From assembly GCF_000341895.1 (NCBI RefSeq), contig NC_020409.1, forward strand, positions 720,001 through 752,000: a stretch of DNA of 32,000 nt. The letters run 5' to 3'. The position numbers and the translations under genes were made by a program. The DNA comes from Pseudodesulfovibrio piezophilus C1TLV30. Lineage in GTDB: Bacteria > Desulfobacterota > Desulfovibrionia > Desulfovibrionales > Desulfovibrionaceae. The notes beneath the pieces are model-generated. The model did no database searches, was not told where the DNA came from, and worked only from the letters and a program-made list of their open reading frames with translations. This document shows, one piece after another, positions 25,761 through 32,000 of this stretch. Position 1 is the first letter of the stretch. Each line of letters starts with the position of its first letter.

Positions 25761-26999
25761 ATGCATCATTTTGAATATCGCAATGGGAAACTATTTGCTG
25801 AGGAAGTCAATGTTTCAGAACTGGCCAAACAGTATGGCACACCTGCTTATATTTACTCAGCAGCCACTTTCAGGCGTCATTTTCAGGCGTTTGATTCAGC
25901 CTTTTCCGACTTGGACCATTTAACCTGCTTTTCAGTCAAAGCGAACTCCAACCTCTCGGTTCTCAAGATGCTTGCAGAACAGGGAGCCGGCATGGATGTG
26001 GTCTCAGGTGGTGAGTTATTCCGTGCACTCAAAGCCGGAGTAGCTGCAGACAAAATCGTCTACTCTGGAGTTGGCAAGCGAGCTGCCGAAATCAAACAGG
26101 CTCTCGAAGCTGGAATCTTAATGTTCAACGTCGAATCTATCGCTGAATTGCACAAGATCAATGATGTTGCCGAGGAAATGGGGAAAATAGCCAAAATCAG
26201 CATCCGTATTAACCCTGATGTTGATCCGCAAACCCACCCATACATTTCCACCGGAATGAAGAAGAACAAATTCGGTCTTGATATTGAGCATTCCCTCGAA
26301 GCATACAAACTGGCCGCAAAACTGAGCCACATTGAACCAATCGGTATGGATTGTCACATTGGCTCACAGTTGACCAGTATCTCCCCCTTCCTTGAAGCCC
26401 TTGAAAAACTCTTGAAGTTTTACGAAAGACTGAAAGAAATTAATATAAGCATTCAGTATTTGGATCTTGGTGGAGGGCTGGGTATTTCCTATGAAGAAGA
26501 AGAACCGCCTCACCCCTCTGAATTCGGCAAAGCCTTGGCGGAAAAACTGGCTGGTGTCCCCCTCAAGGTCATTCTGGAACCAGGCCGTGTCATAGCAGGC
26601 AATGCCGGAATCATGGTGACAGAGGTCATTTATACCAAATCAAACCCGACAAAAAACTTCCTCATTGTTGATGCTGGAATGAATGATCTGATTCGCCCCA
26701 GTCTCTATGGTTCATATCACCGCATCGGTGAAGTGGAAAAGAACGAACGAGAGACTAAGGAATATGATATTGTCGGTCCCATATGTGAATCTGGAGATTT
26801 TCTCGCACGAGAAAGAGATTTGCCCGAAGTGCATGATGGAGAACTTCTGGCTGTTTTTTCTGCAGGCGCATATGGATTCACAATGGCATCCAATTACAAT
26901 AGCAGGCCGAGAGCATGTGAGTTGATTGTTGATGGGGAGACCATTCTCGTTGCCAGAAAACGTGAATCATACGAAGATTTAGTAGCAAACGAACTCTAG
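25761..26999 (+). CDS. lysA: diaminopimelate decarboxylase
   Basis: The start is taken at ATG 25761 (MHHFEYRNGKLFAEEV) behind AAGGAGAGAG. Fold-III PLP decarboxylase motifs: CFSVKANSN (PLP Lys), LDLGGGLGI, EPGRVIAGNAG, GPICESGDF, SAGAYG. The 25647 start in the ORF track overlaps the lipoprotein gene. Confidence 0.9.
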   Translation: MHHFEYRNGKLFAEEVNVSELAKQYGTPAYIYSAATFRRHFQAFDSAFSDLDHLTCFSVKANSNLSVLKMLAEQGAGMDVVSGGELFRALKAGVAADKIVYSGVGKRAAEIKQALEAGILMFNVESIAELHKINDVAEEMGKIAKISIRINPDVDPQTHPYISTGMKKNKFGLDIEHSLEAYKLAAKLSHIEPIGMDCHIGSQLTSISPFLEALEKLLKFYERLKEINISIQYLDLGGGLGISYEEEEPPHPSEFGKALAEKLAGVPLKVILEPGRVIAGNAGIMVTEVIYTKSNPTKNFLIVDAGMNDLIRPSLYGSYHRIGEVEKNERETKEYDIVGPICESGDFLARERDLPEVHDGELLAVFSAGAYGFTMASNYNSRPRACELIVDGETILVARKRESYEDLVANEL

Positions 27000-27011
27000 G
27001 ATTATAGCCGA

Positions 27012-27045
27012 AAAAAAAAGGGGGAAAAATCCCCTTTTCGGTTTT
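27012..27045 (+). terminator. short hairpin terminator (A-tract / GGGG-loop-CCCC / T-tract)
   Basis: AAAAAAAAAGGGGG-AAAAAT-CCCCTTTTCGGTTTT. GGGG 27020-27023 pairs with CCCC 27031-27034, and the flanking A and T runs can extend the stem. It lies 13 nt after the lysA stop. Confidence 0.55.
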
Positions 27046-27053
27046 CAAGAAAT

Positions 27054-27794
27054 ATGTCCAGATTGAATTCCTTTCATATTCCAACAAACCAATGGCCTGA
27101 TTCCATTGGAGAAAAGATCATGCTTGTCGGCAATGAAGCTCGACACATGATTACTGTCCTTCGGACCGAAACTGAACAGATCGTGCGTCTTTTTGATGGC
27201 AATGGTCAGGACGGATTATTTCGTGTTATCCAAATTGCACCAAAACAGGTTATTCTGGAAGCCCTTGAATTGTCACATCATCAGACAAGTGATCTGCATG
27301 TCACTCTTGCCATCGGATGGGGAAAATCCAAACGACGAAATTATCTCTTCGAAAAGACTGTCGAACTCAGAGGGAACGGGATCGCCTTTTGGGACGCTCG
27401 TCGCAGCCAGGGGCATCCCCCAAAAAAAACGAAAGACGCATGGCGGGAGAAGTGCCTCCAAGCAGCCAAACAGTGCGGTTCCCCATTTGTTCCGACTCTT
27501 TCTACACTCCAAAATGGAATCAAAGGCCTTATTGCATATGCTGCAGACTTTGATCAATGCTATCTGGCATGGGAAGCGACCGAAGTGAACGAAAGCTTGA
27601 AACCGTCTAGCTTTATACGAGGCAAAAACCTTATCGTCATCGGTCCTGAAGGGGGCCTGGAAGACGAAGAAGCACAGAAACTCATAGAGTCTGACTTTAA
27701 GACAGTGACCTTGGGAGACTCTATTCTACGGTGGGAAACAGCGGCTCTTTATTGCTTGAGCATAGCCTCCTTGGCGAGACAGGATTCGAAATGA
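27054..27794 (+). CDS. rsmE: 16S rRNA (uracil1498-N3)-methyltransferase
   Basis: 246 aa. N-terminal PUA-like region with ARHMITVLR. C-terminal SPOUT knot motifs IGPEGGLEDEE and LGDSILRWETAALYCLS. Confidence 0.8.
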   Translation: MSRLNSFHIPTNQWPDSIGEKIMLVGNEARHMITVLRTETEQIVRLFDGNGQDGLFRVIQIAPKQVILEALELSHHQTSDLHVTLAIGWGKSKRRNYLFEKTVELRGNGIAFWDARRSQGHPPKKTKDAWREKCLQAAKQCGSPFVPTLSTLQNGIKGLIAYAADFDQCYLAWEATEVNESLKPSSFIRGKNLIVIGPEGGLEDEEAQKLIESDFKTVTLGDSILRWETAALYCLSIASLARQDSK

Positions 27795-29014
27795 AATTGG
27801 AAATAGAAGGCGCACAACCCCTTGCTGACAGGATTCGTCCGGAATCACTCGAAGACTTTTTTGGACAAGGGCACATCCGCAATAGGGTGGAAGCATTTAC
27901 CCAGTCTAAAAGGATGCCCAGCTTACTTTTGTTCGGCCCTCCCGGTTGCGGAAAATCAACCCTGGCCATGCTGTTGGCCAAACTCACCGGCAAAAAAAGC
28001 CTTCGGGTCAGTGCGCCGGAAGCTGGACTGACCGCATTGAGAAAAAAACTCCCTGGGTATGACATCCTCATTCTTGATGAACTGCACCGTTTTTCCAAGG
28101 CGCAACAGGACTTCTTTCTTCCCATCCTTGAGTCTGGAAAAATAACTCTTCTGGCAACGACAACAGAGAACCCCTCTTTCAGTGTCACCAGACAATTGCT
28201 TTCACGACTTCATGTTTTACGTCTTCGCACGCTGAATCGGGAAGAACTTACACAAGTTGCCAAACGAGGGACTGCAGAACTCGATATTGAACTGGAAGAA
28301 GAAAGCTATAAACTGCTCACAGCCATGGCAGGGGGTGATGCACGAACTCTCCTGAATCTCATTGAATATACTGCGGAATTGCCCGAGGAAAAGCGGCGGG
28401 TGGATATTCTGAGAGACTCCTTACCTGAAAAGGTTGTTCGGGGAGACAGAGATGGAGATTCTCATTATGAACTGGCCTCGGCGTTGATAAAATCAATTCG
28501 TGGCAGTGACCCTGATGCGGCTCTCTATTATTTGGCTTGCCTGCTGGAAAGTGGTGAAGATCCACGCTTTGTTACCCGGAGGCTGATTATATCTGCATCA
28601 GAAGATATTGGTCTTGGAGACCCACAAGCACTCTCTCAGGCAATGGCATGCCATCAAGCTGTGGAAACTGTCGGAATGCCAGAAGGTTTTATCCCAATGG
28701 CCCAAACGACTGTCTATCTCGCCTTAGCCCCAAAAAGCAATTCCACCTACGCAGCGTACCGTTCTGCCCAAAAGGAAGTGAGGGAGAATGGTCCAAAGCC
28801 GGTTCCCTTGCATCTCAGAAACGCAACGTCATCATTACAGCGGGAATGGGGATATGGTCGGGGATACTTGTATCCGCATAATTTCCCCAAGTCCTGGGCT
28901 GATCAGGACTATCTTCCTAATGAATTGCTTGGAAGAAAATTTTACCACCCCAAAGACCAAGGTGACGAATCCCGTTTAGTTTCCTGGCTCAGACATTTCA
29001 AGAGAAACCTATAG
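27791..29014 (+). CDS. rarA: replication-associated recombination protein A (AAA+ ATPase)
   Basis: The start is taken at ATG 27791 (MKLEIEGAQPLADRIRPESLEDFFGQ), sharing ATGA with the rsmE stop. Walker A GPPGCGKST, Walker B ILILDELHR, and a C-terminal MgsA domain (DPRFVTRRLIISASEDIG, HLRNA). Confidence 0.9.
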   Translation: MKLEIEGAQPLADRIRPESLEDFFGQGHIRNRVEAFTQSKRMPSLLLFGPPGCGKSTLAMLLAKLTGKKSLRVSAPEAGLTALRKKLPGYDILILDELHRFSKAQQDFFLPILESGKITLLATTTENPSFSVTRQLLSRLHVLRLRTLNREELTQVAKRGTAELDIELEEESYKLLTAMAGGDARTLLNLIEYTAELPEEKRRVDILRDSLPEKVVRGDRDGDSHYELASALIKSIRGSDPDAALYYLACLLESGEDPRFVTRRLIISASEDIGLGDPQALSQAMACHQAVETVGMPEGFIPMAQTTVYLALAPKSNSTYAAYRSAQKEVRENGPKPVPLHLRNATSSLQREWGYGRGYLYPHNFPKSWADQDYLPNELLGRKFYHPKDQGDESRLVSWLRHFKRNL

Positions 29015-29058
29015 CTCATTTTCGCCAAACCCCAAAGGCGTGCCCCTCGTCTGTCCTT

Positions 29059-30321
29059 TTACTGCGAATATTGTTTTTTCCATTCATCCAGAAAAAGAAT
29101 CGCAGTGTCCAACTCTGAAAGCTTCCCCTGTTGCCGTCTGATAGCCCATACCAAATCATCAAAAGAGACATCTTCCGGTAACCCTAACCGTACAAGCAAC
29201 GCAGATATTTCTCCGGAAAGTTCAGGGGGCAAATCAATAAGGCTCGAATGAACAGCCTTTTGGCGAGGCCAGCCTTCTATTTTTTCTGCTGTAAATTCCA
29301 ATAAGGATTGCATCCGTTTTTGATACGTATGATCTGCCAATACACGCTTCCTGGCTTTTTCAGCCAATGCAATTCGTTCTTCAGGGTGCACGAGATAATG
29401 GTCTATCAAATCGGTCAAATCATCCATTGAGCTGAATGTAATCAGTTCTTCTTTCGTAAAAGCTTCCGACAAAAGGCGACGCTCATCAACAAGCTGAAAT
29501 GCCCCGCACGCTGCCAGTTCAAAGGTCCTTGGATTGACAAAATCGCCCAATGTCACCAATTCTTCTGCCTGAATGCTCGAATGAAGGTTCAGATTGATTT
29601 TGGAAGCATTGAAGATTTTGACACAGTCTACCGATGAAACTCGTGCCCCTTGAAGCTGAACAAGAGGTTCAAGAACATGGTCTCCTTCCCACTCTGTTCC
29701 CCATAACTTGAAATTGTACTGAACCAGCTCCCGGAAAGCTACACGCCTGTTGGGATAGCCTGCTCCCATGAAAGAAATATCGGAACCAAACTTTCTCTTA
29801 TCAACTGGATTGAGAGTGAGCGGTTGATGAAAGTCAGGCTGTGCAGCAAGGGGTAAATACAGTGCATTCGGTTGCCCGATCTTTTCCAACTCCTGAAGAA
29901 AAGGCTCTTTTTGGATCACGGCAAATATATCATACATCGGGGCAAAGGATTTCCAATACGTAAATAAACGAAAATCCTCGACAAACCACATAGCTGTGGT
30001 CACCCCATCCTTCCTCAATCTTTTTAAGGCTTGATGATTGAGTGGGGCTTGAGCCATAGCCAAGACAAGATCCGGTTCAAATGTCTCGACCTTGGCCAAA
30101 ACAGCTTGGCTGACGACATTCAAAAAAGAATTTTGCAAATAGCTTAATTTATTTGCAGTGATCTTCAACCCCGCCAACGAATTATAGGCATCGAGGAACT
30201 CCGGGGCTTCAAAAACTTCAACCAAATGCCCATCATTACTCAGAGCCGAAGTGATATACCGCCCAATAGGCAGTGACCCACCATAAAGGGGAAGAACAAC
30301 AAGAATCCTTAAATTTTTCAT
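29059..30321 (-). CDS. CgeB-like glycosyltransferase (DUF3880-type N-terminus + Glyco_trans_1_2-type C-terminus)
   Basis: The start is taken at ATG 30321 (MKNLRILVVLPLYGG), 1 nt after the upstream stop. FMGAGYPNRRVAF, INLNLHSS and VNPRTFELAACGAFQLVD are typical of the CgeB/spore-maturation-like glycosyltransferase group. Confidence 0.65.
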   Translation of the reverse strand: MKNLRILVVLPLYGGSLPIGRYITSALSNDGHLVEVFEAPEFLDAYNSLAGLKITANKLSYLQNSFLNVVSQAVLAKVETFEPDLVLAMAQAPLNHQALKRLRKDGVTTAMWFVEDFRLFTYWKSFAPMYDIFAVIQKEPFLQELEKIGQPNALYLPLAAQPDFHQPLTLNPVDKRKFGSDISFMGAGYPNRRVAFRELVQYNFKLWGTEWEGDHVLEPLVQLQGARVSSVDCVKIFNASKINLNLHSSIQAEELVTLGDFVNPRTFELAACGAFQLVDERRLLSEAFTKEELITFSSMDDLTDLIDHYLVHPEERIALAEKARKRVLADHTYQKRMQSLLEFTAEKIEGWPRQKAVHSSLIDLPPELSGEISALLVRLGLPEDVSFDDLVWAIRRQQGKLSELDTAILFLDEWKKQYSQ

Positions 30322-30322
30322 A

Positions 30323-31573
30323 TCATATCCCGAATAATTTCTTTGGCCCTTCACTCATCATCCAATCCTTTTCACTGTAGAGGCGCAACGCAAGTGTCGT
30401 ATCCGTATCTGAGGCCCCCTCTCCCTCACCAGTGAGATACTGTTGAAGAAAATGACGAAACTGTGTTCGCTTTTCGCTCTCTTTATCCTGTCCGGCAAAA
30501 GGAACATAAATCTGGCCCAACTCATCAAAATCCGACCTGAATGCAATCATGTTTTCCGGTGCGTGAGCTTCTTTTTCGGTGACCATGAACCTTTTGAATT
30601 CAGAAGAGAAAAAACACTCAAGACAACGGGTTTCGTATGGACAGGGCTGGCTTTCCAGGCACGGCAGGCAGTTTGTTGTCGCTTGATAAACAATATGGCC
30701 CTTTCCATAGGGACCAGTTTCAAAACACCATGCCGAAGAAAGGAAAAAAGCTTTCACGGGTGTTCCAAGATGGGCCGCGAGATGCATGGTTCCAGTATCC
30801 GGCGTTACAAGGCAGTCAAGCCCTGCCACTCTCTCCACGAGATCGGAGTAGCTGGTCTTTCCGGCCAGATTGAAGGACTTCTGTTGCAAATCTCGAGGTA
30901 AAAGCTTGAGAAGCTGTTTTGCTGCACCATACTCCTGAGAACCACCCAGGAGTTGAATACTGTCATAGCTTGAACTAACGACGAGTGTCTGGATGATTGC
31001 CGCCAGGACCGGAACAGGAAGGGAACGACGAGATTCGCGGCCTGCCAAAACCACTCCCAGCCCTCCTCCCCGAGGCTCTGCTGTTGGATTGACATCCTCC
31101 GGAGCGACCTTGTGACGCAGATATCCAGCCCAAAAATCCACAAGATTCAATCCCAATCGCCTTGTCTCCGACCAACGCATGCCCATTGACGGCCAGACTC
31201 CGATAATTTCCTGACCGTTTTTCCACGAATAGCCATGAACAATATCGGGATCAAACAAGGCGGCGAGCCGAAAGTTGAGTCCTGAAAAATTCAAATTGAA
31301 AACAGCCTCGAACGGTATCGATTTGAGTTTCTCAAAAGCCCGCCTGTTCGTGAGAAACACGGAATGGAAACGAGACTGATCCTTATGACCTGTTCCATGG
31401 GCAGCAACCGGGTGCAAAATGACATTCGGATAGATCAATCGGGCCAAAGCCTCCAGAGAGGAGTCGAGACACAGATGCACCTGCTTCTTTTGCGCACATA
31501 GCGATACAATCAATCGCTTTGTCTGAAGCAGATCTCCGAATCGGGCAAGTTGTATAATAAGTATCTGTTCCAT
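30323..31573 (-). CDS. glycosyltransferase family 9 (heptosyltransferase-like) with C-terminal extension
   Basis: 416 aa. ILIIQLARFGDLLQT at the N-terminus, VTPDTGTMHLAAHLGTP, and a C.PC...C...C block, all typical of GT9. About 85 further residues follow that I cannot assign. Confidence 0.7.
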   Translation of the reverse strand: MEQILIIQLARFGDLLQTKRLIVSLCAQKKQVHLCLDSSLEALARLIYPNVILHPVAAHGTGHKDQSRFHSVFLTNRRAFEKLKSIPFEAVFNLNFSGLNFRLAALFDPDIVHGYSWKNGQEIIGVWPSMGMRWSETRRLGLNLVDFWAGYLRHKVAPEDVNPTAEPRGGGLGVVLAGRESRRSLPVPVLAAIIQTLVVSSSYDSIQLLGGSQEYGAAKQLLKLLPRDLQQKSFNLAGKTSYSDLVERVAGLDCLVTPDTGTMHLAAHLGTPVKAFFLSSAWCFETGPYGKGHIVYQATTNCLPCLESQPCPYETRCLECFFSSEFKRFMVTEKEAHAPENMIAFRSDFDELGQIYVPFAGQDKESEKRTQFRHFLQQYLTGEGEGASDTDTTLALRLYSEKDWMMSEGPKKLFGI

Positions 31574-31679
31574 AAGTATTTGGTGTCTTCATTCAGTTTA
31601 GTACAGCAACTAAGAAGGATAAAGCAAGAACCGAGTAATTCATGTTTTACATGCGTGCTGGCATTGGTTATCAAAGCGC

Positions 31680-32000
31680 ATGCGTTATTATCCAGTTTTC
31701 GTTCATCTTGAGAATAAGGATTGCCTCGTCGTCGGAGCAGGAGATGTTGGTAAACGGAAAATCAAGTCACTTCTTGAAGCCCGCGCGCGAACAATTCTGG
31801 TAATCGATACCCACCCGGCAGATGATGAATTAGCCTCAATGGTTTCTCAAAAGCATGTCATCTTTGAATGTCGTGCTTTTCAAGCTTCCGATGTTGAGTC
31901 AAAATTTCTTGTCATCGCAAGTACTTCCAATAAAGCCCTCAACCAGGAAATTTGTGAACTCTGCGAAAGACGCAATACGCTTTGCAATAGTGTGGATCAA
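31680..32000 (+). CDS. precorrin-2 dehydrogenase / sirohydrochlorin ferrochelatase domain protein (5' partial, runs off the window)
   Basis: My own translation from ATG 31680: MRYYPVFVHLENKDCLVVGAGDVGKRKIKSLLEARARTILVID...FLVIASTSNKALNQEI...CNSVDQ. It is open to the window end. The pattern matches the NAD-binding N-terminal domain of CysG/SirC. It is absent from the ORF track because it has no stop. Confidence 0.7.
   Translation, partial: MRYYPVFVHLENKDCLVVGAGDVGKRKIKSLLEARARTILVIDTHPADDELASMVSQKHVIFECRAFQASDVESKFLVIASTSNKALNQEICELCERRNTLCNSVDQ

Noticed and set aside
30614-30670. A cysteine cluster (C-x2-C-x5-C-x5-C-x2-C) in the GT9 protein as a possible novel metal or redox site.
   Set aside because: A C.PC...C...C block at this position is a usual feature of GT9 heptosyltransferase-family proteins. 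Only the residues after it are unusual.
1-32000. A scan for CRISPR arrays, IS elements, long direct repeats, rRNA and tRNA genes.
   Set aside because: By eye I found no regularly spaced repeats, no transposase-like ORFs and no rRNA/tRNA signatures. Absence is stated with the caveat that no computational repeat search was possible.

Overview
This 32-kb window looks like ordinary chromosome. Gene content resembles a sulfate-reducing deltaproteobacterium (Desulfovibrionales-like), but that is inference only, since no search was run. I support about 29 protein-coding genes, one pseudogene, one sigma-54 promoter, three hairpin terminators and one unusually long perfect inverted repeat. I saw no rRNA, tRNA, CRISPR array, transposase or prophage gene.

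Housekeeping genes:
- Polyamine synthesis: nspC, speB.
- Lysine synthesis: an LL-DAP aminotransferase and lysA.
- Others: folK, xerD, mutS, rsmE, rarA, a HIT protein, a LapA/LapB-like pair, two glycosyltransferases, and the 5' end of a siroheme-synthase-type gene.

The segment worth attention is 2356-13600.
- A membrane histidine kinase and an NtrC-family sigma-54 activator (2356-5258) end at a strong terminator.
- A near-consensus -24/-12 sigma-54 promoter follows at 5469-5483.
- That promoter heads a tightly packed eight-gene operon (5520-13600): a degenerate receiver, a Cache-type histidine kinase, three tandem paralogous stand-alone receivers, an unusually long TauE/TSUP-type permease, a small membrane protein, and an 863-aa dikinase-like enzyme.
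- The dikinase-like enzyme has an ATP-grasp (PPDK_N) domain and a swivelling phospho-His domain. It lacks the PEP/pyruvate TIM barrel and instead carries unassigned N- and C-terminal regions.
- I do not recognise this combination as a described pathway, and it is my best candidate for an undescribed system.

All product calls rest on motif-level reading of the supplied translations. No database search was possible.
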